A DNA stretch of 64,000 nucleotides, taken from the NCBI GenBank assembly GCA_012295275.1, contig CM022667.1, positions 9,672,001 through 9,736,000 of the forward strand. The letters are read 5' to 3'. The notes beneath the pieces are model-generated. The model had not been told where the DNA came from and searched no databases. It was given only the letters and a program-made list of their open reading frames with translations. Positions within the stretch are counted from its first letter, which is position 1. The number at the start of each line of letters is the position of its first letter. Below are positions 1 to 13,525 of the stretch, piece after piece. This stretch comes from Chrysomallon squamiferum. Its lineage: Eukaryota; Animalia; Mollusca. A program made the translations under genes and the position numbers.

Positions 1-645
1 CTTTCCTGCCTGTAATTGTTTATCATGTACATTTTAGTATCATTTGCTTTGTCAGGAGGACAGCCATTAGCATTGGCTGTTTTCAGCAAACTTCCCTATT
101 ACCTGAATCTGTCAGTTTTGTGAATGAGTTGATGTATTTGTGCCAGAAATAACTCATGCATCAGTGACTAGATATATATAAAAGTGTGAGTGTGTGTGTG
201 TCTACTACTATATATCTAGTCAGTGATAAATAAATAAATAAATAATATCCATGCATATATATATATATATATATATATCTATATCTGAATGTATTCTTTA
301 CAAATAAACACAGTAGATTGTTTCAGGTATTGCTCAGTGGATTTCTGAAAAGGGGTAGCTGACCTGTAATGTTTATTTGTTAGGCAATGCATTTCTTATT
401 CCGTAACCTTTTTTTTTTTTCTTTGTATCCATGGAAACAGTTAGGCGGAATGACCAAATGTGACGTTTCCATAGCACAACATGGAATGCATATGTCACAA
501 AGTAATTGTGAGTTTGTGAGTCTAGTGAAAGTGTGTATGAATGAATGACAGTCGAGTTAAATCTAACAGCATCTGTTGTTTCAGTCAGAAAGACAGTTTT
601 CTGTATATTGATCACAAATATGTGTGTAATGTATGTCAGTGTATG

Positions 646-680
<35 letters not shown>

Positions 681-2494
681 TTGTGTGTGTTCTTATTATT
701 TGATTGCATATTATTCTGATAGACAAACACTCTAAAAAAAATTATATAAAAAACTTCTTTAAATAAATACATTTTTGATTTTTTGTATTGACAACTGAAA
801 ATAACAGTAAAACAAAATTCAAAAAAAAATTAATCCACTTTAAGAATCAGTTACATAAATGTTCAAAAATATTGTCAGGTATTAAGTATTTGTGAAAACA
901 GTAAAAATTTACACAACAGATAAAACGATCAACTCAAAACAACAGACCTAGAAGCTTGTATACATTTATTACCATATTTTCTTTGTTTGTTGATCAAAGC
1001 CAAGCTTCATTGCACAAACAATTCTGGCTTTTGTCCAGCCAGTACAAAGGCACACTATTGTTTTGAAGTTAGTTAAGAACTAGTAACAACCTGTTTGATG
1101 TTGACTGTTTCAGCTTTGTGTCCTTTGATCTGTGTAGTAAATTAGGAAAGAAAAAAAAAAGAAAAAATGTTACATCCAAAAGCTAATAAGCAAGTTTTAA
1201 CCTGTTGATGGTGACCTTTAAAAATCCTGATTTAGACTTCACCTGTACCTTTACTGATTATAGTATGGTGACTTGTACATAATATATCATCTTCTTTTGC
1301 TATAGTTCAAAGTTTTGCTGTCAGATGTAACTTTTCTTATGCCTGGGTGCCTATATTTACCTTGAAGATGATAATATTTAGTTGTCTTGTACATCATCAG
1401 GTGTGCCTGGGTATCAGTACTTTGCCATAGTTCATAGTTTTCCCTTTAGGTGGAGATACTTACCTTTATATTAAAAATATTGATATTCGTAATTCTTAAT
1501 TGTCTCATTTATATGAGGTCTGGGTGTCATCCACTTGTTTTGGTATTGAAAGTTTTAATATTAACATTTCTTAGTTGTCTCGTGTATTTTTATCAGTCTT
1601 GTCTGTTCAGTGACAAAGTATCATCTACTTACCCCACAGTTCAGAGTTTGCCAAGAGGTGGAAATGCTTACCTTGATATTAAAAATATTAATAATTTTCA
1701 TTTGTTCTACATATTTTTTTTTATGAGTTGTGCACAAGTGCTGAGGTATCCATGTCTTTGAAGGTGTTATTATTAATAATTATTAGATTCTCATCATATT
1801 TGTATCATATTGGTATCTTCTGTGATGTTTGGGTATCATCTACTTGAGCCACAGTTCAAAGTATAATTCATCTTTGTACTGAAGATGTTAATACTAACAC
1901 TTCTCAGTTGTCAAACTTTATTAAGCTTTTCTGTACTGATATTATAGAGAAGAAACCTGTGTCAGCAATAACAATTTTGTTATGAGGAAACCCACTGTTG
2001 CTGCTGGTTAGGCTACTCTTTGCTACATTGCAGCAAAGCAATTTTTGCAGCCTATAGACAGGATAGCCCTTACCACAGACTTTAACAAATTCTGTAAAGA
2101 ACACTGGCTGGGAAGGAAAATGGTTCATTAGACCTCAGTGGAGGGTTGATCCTGTAACTAACCATTCTTCTAGTAAATACTATATGTTTGTGTTTTACCC
2201 TCTTAGTCATGGAGGTAGGTGTGAACATCAGAAAGCAGTAATTTTAACTATCCCAGAAAATGTGATATACATATACCAGTGACTCTATTTTAACACTGCA
2301 TTGTGACTGCTTTAACAAATTACTGCAGGTGCAAAAGTCAGAGGTACTCAAGACATTAAGGACTATATATAACAAAGTTAATGGTGTAACACAAAGTTTA
2401 ATCACCTTTTAGATGTATTAGGTAAAACAGGTTTACTTGTGTGTTGCAGGTTATGTATTGTGCATGTATAAATTAGTGTCAGTGACTAGATGTG

Positions 2495-2554
<60 letters not shown>

Positions 2555-3810
2555 ATTCAGTATACTGACCTTTGAAGAAGTTTTGTCTTACCTATATGCC
2601 ATTAGTGTACATTTTGCTAAGTATTTTACAATCAGTAATAATATCACATTCGCAGTCTCCTACTCTCTCTGTCATCTCTTTGATGTCGTTAGAAGCCAGC
2701 AGGTGGCAAAAGTCACCTGTGATTGTTATTGATAAATTCTTCTTCCAATTACCAAATGTCAAGTCTTAGATATAACATACAGCGTATATTTTCATACGTC
2801 ATTGACATTTGATTTGCTATTTTTGTTGCATAAAATGCCACTGATTTGCAGATTTCTTATGCTTAAGTTGTTTGAAAAATATCATTTTTGTTTAATATAT
2901 AGGTTTAAATATAATAATAATAATAATAATAAACATTAGTAATAGAAAAATGGTAATAAAAATAATAATTGTGCTCAAACTCTGACACAAAAGCATGTAC
3001 CTCTTACTTTGTCTAGTTACTAAAATGATGCTGAAATAAGTGTAGTGTGGAGATTTGATCCTCTGACACTTCAGAACATGGTAAAGTGATCAAACCAGTG
3101 AGCTAGTAATAACTGTTAACATTAACATATGTGAAAGCCGTTAAATAAATATTTGTTTAAACATACTGAAATACATGAACACACATAGTTCTAGTTCTAG
3201 TAAAATATTATTCATCCACATACTATGCAAAAATCTACAAAAAGTTAGTGAACATACCTCAGATACATTTCTTTCTTTTTTGTAAAGCCATCAGTATTTT
3301 CCCTTTCATATTGTCACTTTTAAATCGGCAGAACACGTTTTAAACACATTCTATATTTTTATTTTTATTTTTTTAAATTTGTGAAAATAGTTATAAAACT
3401 TGTTATAAAACTTCCTACCAGCCCTCCCCCCCCCATGCAAATCTACGTCATTTTAGGAGTCAATATATGGATTAAACTAACAGTATTTGCTTTAAGCCAT
3501 TTTTGACTTTTGAATCTAGCTGAAATCAAAAAAAATAATTAACAAATTTTCTTGCATATTTAAAAAAATAAAATATGTGATACTGAATCTTAAATAAAAT
3601 TGCATTGTTAACTTGTGAAATAAACAATATATTTTTTGATAATGACATTAAATATTGATGCAAAATTTTTCTAATTATTTTACTGAATTTTTATTTTGTT
3701 AGTAATGTTAAAACAGATGTCATTGGACTAAATAATAATCTTTTTCTCTGTCTCTGCTCATCCTTTTCTTCTTCTTTCTCTCATGTTCTCTTATCTTCCC
3801 CTTCCCTTTC

Positions 3811-3881
<71 letters not shown>

Positions 3882-3935
3882 ATTTTTTTTATATACAAAT
3901 ATTACTTATATTCTATTCTGCTTTTTTCGTTTCAG

Positions 3936-4142
3936 TTTGATTAACAAAATGTTAAAGAGAGAGCCATCGAAGAGGGCATCCCTAGGGGAGATAATGACAC
4001 ACCCATGGCTGGTCGGTGGGGAACTGTTACCTATGTCTTACATGCCACTCATATCACGAGAACATATTTCCGAAGAAGACCATAACTACTTGGTCCAGAG
4101 AATGGTTGAAGGGAAGATTGCAACGAGAGAGGAAATTCTGAG
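3936..4142 (+). CDS. SNRK: SNRK internal exon: end of kinase domain and start of UBA domain (upstream kinase exons lie outside the window)
   Basis: Acceptor ttttttcgtttcAG ends at 3935 and donor GT starts at 4143 (phase 2). Translation LINKMLKREPSKRASLGEIMTHPWL...PLISREHISEEDHNYLVQRMVEGKIATREEIL closely resembles vertebrate SNRK as I recall it (LITRMLQRDPKRRASLEEIENHPWL...[32 protein letters not shown]). Confidence 0.93.
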
Positions 4143-4270
4143 GTCTGTGTGAATAGCATAGGAATTAAATATTTGTTGTAGATTAATTTTGTTTCTGTGT
4201 AAAGTATAGATTCATTTTGATTAATTTTATACTATTTTTATTTTATTTTATTTTTATATTTTTATATTTT

Positions 4271-4310
<40 letters not shown>

Positions 4311-4930
4311 TAGTTTTATTGTATGAGATGATTTTAATTATAATATATTATTTTTGTTTTGGAACATTTAAATTTAATAATAATATTATTTTAAGTTTTC
4401 ATTTTAATTTAAAATTCTTTTTTTATTATTTAATTATTTAATAATATTGCTATTGTATATTTTTTTTTTCAAATTTGTTATTTTAATATAACCTTACTAC
4501 ATTTATTTTAGATTAATTTAATGTTTTTTATTTGGCTAATTTAATACAAATATAATTGCTTGTCTCTAAAAATTGAGATAGTTTATAGAAGATACACGAA
4601 ATTTAAAAAGTAATAATCTCGATATTTTGCTGTCTTGGGAATAAATAATGCACAATTTTTTTTAAATAAACAATGATAAACTTACAGAATAGAAAACAAC
4701 AGTAACAACAACAACAGCATTAACTATGAATACAAACATCCTAGTTATATATATATATATTTTAAATACACACCCATATATGTATGCATGTATACGAGTA
4801 TATACATATGTATGTCTGCATGTGTGTGTGTCTGATCAGTTTGTATTTAATGCTTTTACAGCAGTTTATATATATATAAATATATTTATAATGAGTAATT
4901 AACTTTATGAAATGTTGTTACTTACAACAG

Positions 4931-5116
4931 CTCACTGGACAAGGGGTCGTACAACCACATCACTGCAACGTACTACTTACTGGCCGAGCGACGTCTCAAA
5001 CGTCATCAGCATTACGAGCAGCAGCTTGGAGGAGGACAACAGCGCAAGCCTTCCATTCCAAATGCATCGCAAGCATCAACGAAACCTCATTTGGAACCAC
5101 TGTCACTCTCTCCACG
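4931..5116 (+). CDS. SNRK: SNRK internal exon: end of UBA domain
   Basis: Acceptor caacAG ends at 4930 and donor GTttgt starts at 5117. It continues the phase-2 junction in frame: SLDKGSYNHITATYYLLAERRLKRHQH...LEPLSLSP. YNHITATY(Y/F)LLAER is the SNRK UBA signature. Confidence 0.93.
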
Positions 5117-6602
5117 GTTTGTACTGGAATTTTTAAAACTTTAAAAAAAAAAATTTAAAATTTAAAAAAAAATATATATTTTCATGTTGTGTAATCTTAT
5201 TTCATTATTTCACTGTCAGATATATAATTTTATAACCTCAGAAAACTTTAATTCTTTAAAAATAATATTTTTATTTAATAGTTACAGCCATATTTTATCA
5301 CACACATAGTGTTGAATGTATCTTCACTTTTGGTCAGTACTTGTTTAATGACATGGAATTTTCAGGATCTGAGATGTTAGGAATGGTGGTCTTTATTGAG
5401 TGAAACCAGTTTATGTATCTGTATATTATTCTTAATAGTTTGCAGAATTTTAAAAAAATTAAAATTTAAAGTCTTTTTTTTTTTTAATTATAATTTGTAT
5501 TTTTATTTTTATTATTTTTTTATTTTTACAAATGTGAGTATATTAATGAAGTTATGAACTGTGGTAATGTCTCAGTATCAGATTTAATAGGTTAGTGTTA
5601 ATTAATTTATATGGTGGTTGAACACATTTTGATGGATTATTCCCATTGTTTTATTTGTATATGTGAGTGGGTGTTTGTGTGTGGGTGTGTGTCTATTTGT
5701 GTGGGAAACTATAAAAGTTTCCTGAATTTAGTTATTAATATTTTTAATAGTGAAATCTAAAACAAATCTATAAAAATAATTCTTCAGTTTAAGGGTAAAG
5801 GCTAAAAAGGTGTGCTGTTACATATAAAATATTTTCAGTCTTCTTTTTTATTTTTTTATTTTAATTCTTTAGCAAGTTAAAATAATGAGCAGTAGCTTGT
5901 GTTAAATAACGATGTATTAGCAAGTTAAAATAATGAGATATCAACTGATACTGTGGCAAGGGTTTTTTGCAATTACATCTCAGGTACAGAATGAAGTACA
6001 AAGAGATTGTAGTGAAAAAATCAGTTTGTCATGAAAAATGTAGATTTTTAAGAAGTGAGGTGTATCACTCTCAGCTTTGGTTTCTGTCAGAGTAAATCAT
6101 ATGAATATTATGAAAACTTACTAAGTTCTTCTGTGATAGACACAAAAGCAATTTTTTCAGTTGGACAGAATGTTGTTTTTTCTTCATTATAGAATTATAT
6201 AATTACTGCAGTTTGATTTAAACTTCACTAGAGTTTGTGGTAATTTTGAAGGCATGTGATAGAAATGGTTGACTTTAGTAGCAGAATTTTCTTAACTTTT
6301 CTTATTTACACTTTTTTTTTTTACTATACTACCGTGTATTTCTTTTCCCCACCATTATTTAAAAGAAAACAGCTGTGTCTTTTCTGTTATAATTGTTGTA
6401 ATTAAAATTTTACACATTTCAGCATGCCTTCATCTTTTATTACTTAACAGTTTTGGTTTGTTTATTTATTTATTTATTTATTTATTTGTTTGTTTAATTA
6501 TTTATTTATTTGTTTATTTGTTTGTTTAATTATTTATTTATTTGTTTGTTTATTTATTTTATATTATTTCCATCTTTCTTGTGCTTAATTTCATTACACC
6601 AG

Positions 6603-6605
<3 letters not shown>

Positions 6606-6686
<81 letters not shown>
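6606..6686 (+). repeat. Uninterrupted poly(A) of about 81 nt in an SNRK intron
   Basis: Read directly; ends 50 nt before the 6737 exon start. Confidence 0.9.
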
Positions 6687-6688
<2 letters not shown>

Positions 6689-6736
6689 AAAAAACACAAA
6701 GATGTTGGTTTGTTGAAGAGTTCTCTGTTTTTGTAG

Positions 6737-7219
6737 CAAGCTGAAAGGAGCAAAGAAAACAAAAACTGCCCCCTTGGGGCTCGGTTTAGACGTAGATACA
6801 CTGACAATTAAACCACTGCAGGGCCCATCGTCCGCAGAAATAGGCAGCCTGTCCCGTCCCCTCTTCGTTAAAAGCATCACAGGAACAATGACCCTGGACC
6901 GGAAGGACAGTCTGAAGAAGAGACAGCCTCATTCCATCTCTCCGGTCAGCCCGGACATTGGCCATTGCAGACTGGACACGCTGAAGCCGAAAACAACCGA
7001 GTCGAAGGAAGCAGTGAAGAAAAAAAGCACTCCGTTTTCCAAAATAGCCATTTTAAGTTCTTTCTTTGAGAGGAAAGCTGCTGCTGCTGCTGCTGCTGCT
7101 ACTGCTACTACTGCTGCTACCACTGCTGCAGGGGTGTCAGGTCCCACTGGTAAAAGTCCCGGTTCTCCAGATTGTACGCCCGGAACTTTCTGGAAGGGAG
7201 CGAGCAAGAAACGGCAAAA
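6737..7219 (+). CDS. SNRK: Probable SNRK exon (483 nt, symmetric phase 2/2): basic, Ser/Pro-rich linker with a poly-Ala/Thr tract
   Basis: Acceptor ttctctgtttttgtAG ends at 6736 and donor GTaatt starts at 7220. Open in the frame set by the previous exon (KLKGAKKTKTAPLGLGLDVDTL...FWKGASKKRQ). GC-richer than the flanking intron. No homology recognised for this segment. Confidence 0.72.
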
Positions 7220-7873
7220 GTAATTTCTGCTACTAGAGTTGTGATCCCAGTTTTTATCTAGCATGTTTATCAGTGCATAGACGTGTTCAGACGTTGCAGC
7301 CAGTTTTTATTATTTATAATTTATTTTATTTATTTAATTTTTAGTTTGGTTTTTTTAAAACTTACTGGATTTTTAATCTTCACTTTTTTGGTTTTTATTT
7401 CTATTTTTGCACAAGCTTTTTAGAGCTTGTTAATAAAAATAATTTTTTTTTTTTTTTTTTTAACATCCATTGTTGCTGCCTGCTCATCATTGTTTTTAGT
7501 GTATTGTTTTCTGTTTTATGATTTTTTTGTTATACTTTTTTTGCATCATTCTTGCTGGTGTTTTTTTAATTTTTATTCATGAATTTAATAATTTAGCATT
7601 TTTAAAAACGTTATTTAATATAACAGTTGTTAACCTTTTTATTTCAGTGTTGATTATTGCATGATTTTGATCCTTTGTTCTAGGGAGTTCTTTAATCCTT
7701 TCTGATTATTGTTTTTTTTTAGATGGTTTTGGGATCTAACATAACTAATTAAAACAAACTAAATCTTTTTAAATTTGACACCTTTGTAATAAGAATTTTC
7801 AGCATCCTTTTGAAGTTCCAGCCCTTGTGAATTTTATTCTACATTATGCCCTTCATCATCATCATTATCATCT

Positions 7874-7922
<49 letters not shown>

Positions 7923-9031
7923 CCCCTCTCCTTCTCCTTGCCTCTCTCTCCTTGCCTATCTCTCCCTATCCACTAAATTGTTTTCACATTTTTTTTAATT
8001 CCAGATTTGAATATATATTTTATCAGGATTTCTTGATTTATGTTGACTGTTGCTAGCTGATTTGTAAACACTAAAATATATGAACAGAAAATAATTCTAA
8101 AAAATATAATCATTGCCACACATTTATCATCATGAATATACACATAAATACTCAGCAGGTAACTTTAGGGTGTGGGCTGGTAGGAAGGGATAGGGTTACA
8201 GTGGCTTTGATTATGTGTGGTTTCTTCCCCGCAGCATTTTAATACTGTGCCAGATGGTTTAATCACTTTTCTAGAGAAACATGGATAATTTTTATTTCTT
8301 GATTTTAATGTAGAAGGTCACAGAACTGCATAAAATGCACTGACATATCTAGGGTTCTAAAATAATAATGATGATAAAAAAAAAAAAAAAAATAATAATA
8401 ATAATAATAATGAAAAAAATAGATAAATAAAAAAAAAAAAAAAATAAAATTCAATATTTTAAATAGAGAAAAAAAGAAAACCAACCAATCATTATTTATT
8501 ATAAGAATACAAATCTTCTATTACTGTAACTATATAGTGATTACAGTCACAAATTGTTATATTAAGAGATGTATTTATAGATTGCATTTATTTGACTTCA
8601 TTTTTCTCATTTAATTTTTTGTTCTGCTGTATAATTTTGAAATCAGCCAGTCTGATGTTTTGCAGTACTTTTCTTTTGACAGCTGGGTTTTGGTATATTT
8701 TTTTGTTTTTAAATCTATTTTGGGGATGGAGTTGAAATTTTGTAAAGTAATTTAAAAAAAAAAAAGTTTATTATTTAAAACAGCATTGTTTTGTGATTAA
8801 AATAAATAAATAAATAAATAAGTTATGAACAAAAATAATAGGAAATAAAGTGAATCATATATATATATATATATATTAAAAGAATATAAATAGCTAAAAT
8901 GTTAATAAATGAGGCTTTTATTGAATATTGAAGTATCTAGAATACAGATGATGAAAAGTTAATGTTAATCATTGTACTTTCTTGTAACTAATAAATAAAT
9001 AATAAACAAAAATTAATTAACAACAACAACG

Positions 9032-9065
<34 letters not shown>

Positions 9066-9159
9066 CAACAACGATGAAAAAAACACTTGAGTTTCTCCCA
9101 GCTTATCGATATTGTTTTATTGATTTTATTTTCATTTCTTGTTGTTGATATTTGTGTAG

Positions 9160-9252
9160 AACTGGGCAGCGTTCCAATGGCAAGAACTTGACCCCTGCTT
9201 CTAGCACCCCCAACATTTTAACCCTTGAGGGTCTAGAACCTGAGATATGCTG
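9160..9252 (+). CDS. SNRK: Probable small SNRK exon (93 nt, symmetric phase 2/2)
   Basis: T-rich tract then tgtAG ending at 9159, donor GTaaat at 9253. In-frame TGQRSNGKNLTPASSTPNILTLEGLEPEIC with no stop, length divisible by 3, and a GC island within an AT-rich intron. Confidence 0.65.
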
Positions 9253-9643
9253 GTAAATTTGTTTTTTTTTTTTTTTTTTTTTTTTTTGCATCTTTTATTA
9301 TTATTATTATTTTTTTTTTCCATTGTTGTCCTTCACAGAGAATGTGTTGTGTAGCTTTGAATGGTGTCTTCAGTGTTATGGGCTGTTGGTTGCATTCTGT
9401 TGCATTCTGGGCAATTAGTTTATTTAATAAAAGAATAACTAACTATGTTAACAAAAATAAAAAATAAAATAAAGTAAATAAATAATTAAATAAATTGAAA
9501 AAAAGATATGTAAAACAATGTTAGGTTTCAGTTTAGTTTTCTTAAAGATGTCTGATTTAAATGAAACATGCATGCATGCATATATATTGACACCAATACG
9601 CACACATACATTTGTATACCCATACAGCCCACCCATATATATA

Positions 9644-9677
<34 letters not shown>

Positions 9678-10040
9678 TTACATTTATCAGGTATAGACAT
9701 TAAATGACATTGACAAAAAAAAGAAGTTTTCTTTCACACTAAGAACAATTCTTTATTTTCCATGCACCCTCACTTTCTTTGATTTATTTTATTATTGTTA
9801 TACTTTATTATTAGCAAAGTATGGTATCTAGGAACAACAAAAACATTAAATAAATGTAAGCAAACTATGTTGAATCATAGGTACAGTTTTATAAAACTGG
9901 TTTTATGGAAAAATACATGAACTATTATTAGGCAGTTAATTATTTATTTTATTTTAATTTTAATTTTTTTATCATATTTTCATTTTTTTTATCATATGTT
10001 ATTTTATATTTATATATTTATTAATTAATTTATTATTTTA

Positions 10041-10095
<55 letters not shown>

Positions 10096-13000
10096 CTTTT
10101 TATTTTTTAGATAAAAACTATATATAAAGGTAATCTATTTACTGTTTTTTTTTTTAACTTAATCGAGTTACTTTAAAATTCAGCAGCTTTGGAACAATAA
10201 AATAATATATAATCTCTCCATCACTACTGCAGCTTTAAACCTGGTACTTTTCAAAAGGCAAATTGTGGGTAAGCATTAGCAATAAAATATCATAGAACAG
10301 CTCGTTAATTTGAGCTCATCAAATTTTATTATCAAAACAAAACAATTTCTTCTTTAATTCAGTACTTTACTAAATAATTTCTGTCAGTTTTCATTTCTGA
10401 ACATTATTTATAAATCTAATTCTTCAATTTATAATGTTGTAGATTTTATTTATTTATTTATTTATTTTGTATTTATTCTGCTAATTGGAACATTACTTTC
10501 AAAAAAAAGAAAAGGCTGGTTTTTTTGGGGGGGTTTTCACAGAATATTTGTTATTTTTTTATTTACAAAAAAAAAAAAATTCTGAGTTTAGGAATAGCAT
10601 GGTAAATTTAATTTATAATTTGTGGCATAACACAGATTTAACAGTCAGATTCTGACAAAAATTAAAATCTATATATATTTTTAAATAATTTGTGTATATA
10701 TTCATCTGCAAAACAAATACAGTATTTGTTCTTCATTGATTTAAAAAAAATAAAAATAAAAATAAACAATGGGGGAAAAAAAATATAGAAATAAAAGCTA
10801 AAAACCAGACACACTATGTCAATCAAAGACTTTTGCAAATTAACTGCTGGTTGCCATGGTGACTGTAGTTTAAACTTTACCTGGTCTTTAATTGGATGTC
10901 AGACATTATACCCTGTCACCAGGCGGTTACTATGGCACCTAAATTGAAGTTGTTGGGAGATCACAGATTATGGGTATTTTAGGCCATTATGATAATTTAT
11001 TCAGTAATAAATAAATATGTGAGATAATTCTGACAGTTTTGAATGAAAAATCTTAAATAAATCAACCTGCTATTTTAATAATATATGCTGCATTATATAA
11101 AATTTAGTAAATAAATTAGATATATATATACACACACACACACATCTATGCATACATAAACATAGGTATTCTGCTTATAAAATAAAAATAACAAATAAAT
11201 AAAATAAAGTTTTAAAAAAAGAATAAAGTATACTGAAATAAAGAGAGTAGAACCTGTTTTATTTATTTATTTTATTTTTTAAATCTTTTAGTTTTAAAGT
11301 GTATCAACAGTGATACAAAGAAGTAGGATTACTGCATTTGTAGATTTACCAGCTGTAATAAACTTTGTCATTATTTATGTTTTTTTTAATAAATTACTAT
11401 ATATAGATTTACCAATTTCAGTAAACTTCACCATTATTTACCTTTTCACTAAATTACTTTGTAGAACTGAAGGTTACAATAAACTTAACTGATATTTACA
11501 CTCTTCCCAAATTACTTAAGAAAATAAATATTTTACATTTGGTATTGCACTGTTGCACATTATAATTCACTATTTGCTATTCCATTTCTTTTGTCATAAG
11601 CGTTGATAAATATGAGCTTGGAAGGTGTCTGGTGCTGCCTTGCTTACTTTGGTCATATCTTGTCATATATTACATAGATAACGGGTGGTAAAGTATTGTG
11701 GATGTTTGTCATTGGTTCTGATTATGTACACAGGTGTGATAATGCTGTAGTATGTCAGTATATGTGCATGATGTGGTGTGTAATGTTAAACAGATAAATA
11801 ACGAGATAATAGTAAATATATGTATATAATACATTATTATATTATATGCTTATGTACATAATACAGTTTTTGCATATTTGCACACATACATACATATACA
11901 TTCATTCACATGCAGATACAATAATACATGTACATTTATTATATATATATATATATATATATATGTGTATCACTCACGTATAAATTAATAAATACACACG
12001 TGCACACACAATCTTACAAACATGCACATGCCCGCACATACTTATTCTTACACTCGCATTTGCACATGTACATACACCTTTTCTAATTCGTTATTTTTGT
12101 TTTTGTTTGCAAAGTTTTTCCCAAGCCATTTTAAGATGTATTATGATTGGAATATATATTTTGATATATTCAGAAGATTAATAAATATACAACAGGCAAT
12201 CTTGGGATTAAAATAGAAATTATTACAAACATTTCTTACATAAATTAATGAATATTTTATTGAAAAGGGCCAGACTTGTATTTACTATTTAAAATATTTG
12301 TAATAAAGGGAGCAAAGTAATATATAAGAAGAATATTAATTAAAATAACAAAACAAATATCTTTCTGCTCCACATTTTGCATGAAATCATCAATCAGCAT
12401 GAATGAAAATTTTATATAAAAATACTGTGACATTCTACTAACCACTGACAAATAACAATTAAGAAATAATGTTAATTTTGTTAATTAATATTATTATTAT
12501 CTAAAATTATTATTATTTTTATTATCATCATCATTTTTGTTTCAAATTAATGATTTTTTATTATTTAAATTTCATTTATTTATTTATATTTTTTAACATT
12601 CATTTATTTATTGGTATTTGTATTATTTTGAATAGTAACGTAATAGAATTCCATCATATTGCTTTGATTGTAAACAGTAGTTAGCTCACGAATTTTCATG
12701 TTTTCTTGCTGTTTTTTGCATATAGCATCATAAACCCTATTGCTGCAGTTTGTGTTGTCTTGTTGCTTAGCAACCATTTTTTGGCAGTTCCATGTTTGCT
12801 TTTTCATTGGTAAATGGGAACAAGTTTTTGTTTTTTTATAAATTATTATTTTAAGAATTATTAGATAGTGCTTCTAATTTGAAATACAGTTGGAAATTCG
12901 GCTAGACATTTTTGTAAATTTATGTTAACTCAGTTCAAATAATGGGTAATTAATTGTAATTAAAATTAATGAGATTTCTTAATTATTCAGTTTTTTGATA

Positions 13001-13525
13001 AATTATATTTTTTAATATATATTTTTTAACTGTTTAAATGATTAAAATTTGGATACATTTTGTAAAATATATTTAGTTATTCAATTTGTTACTGTAAATT
13101 AATTACTAAGATTATGGTTTCTTTCTTGCTTGTAGGACTCGCCATAGGATTTTAATTACATTTCTGCTGATATACAATATTTATATTATTACTAATTACT
13201 ATTAGAAATAGATTCATTTTAATGTACATGTATAGTGAGGTAGATTTTTAGTGTAAAGAACTTGCTTCCTCTTAATTTTTATAGTTTACAGTTACTCTTA
13301 GTTTAAAGATGATAGTAATATTGAGTTCATTGTTAATTTTAATTTTCACACTTTGAAAAATATTAGAAAGTGGGATCTGATTGAGAAATTTAAATACTTT
13401 ATTTCTTTGAATTGCTATTAAAATTTGTAATTAAAATTAAAAAAAAATTAAAAAATCTTATTTCATTTTCTTCTTCTTCTTTCTTTTTTATTTATTTATT
13501 TTTTTGTTTTTAAAATCTGTTTCAG

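Noticed and set aside
2130-3110. Two short segments (~2140 and ~3050) faintly resembling antisense tRNA-derived SINE heads
   Set aside because: Too degenerate to identify A/B boxes or a cloverleaf. No tRNA or rRNA gene was recognised anywhere in the window.
5869-5937. Two direct 21-bp repeats containing TAGCAAGTTAAAATAA, identical to part of the SpCas9 tracrRNA/sgRNA scaffold and superficially CRISPR-like
   Set aside because: Only two copies, AT-rich, inside a eukaryotic intron, with no flanking scaffold sequence and no cas genes. Best explained as a chance match in a small tandem duplication.
12690-13160. Acceptor-like sites ending at 12725 and 13135 as extra SNRK micro-exons
   Set aside because: No phase-compatible donor found nearby, and the downstream sequence has intron-like composition.
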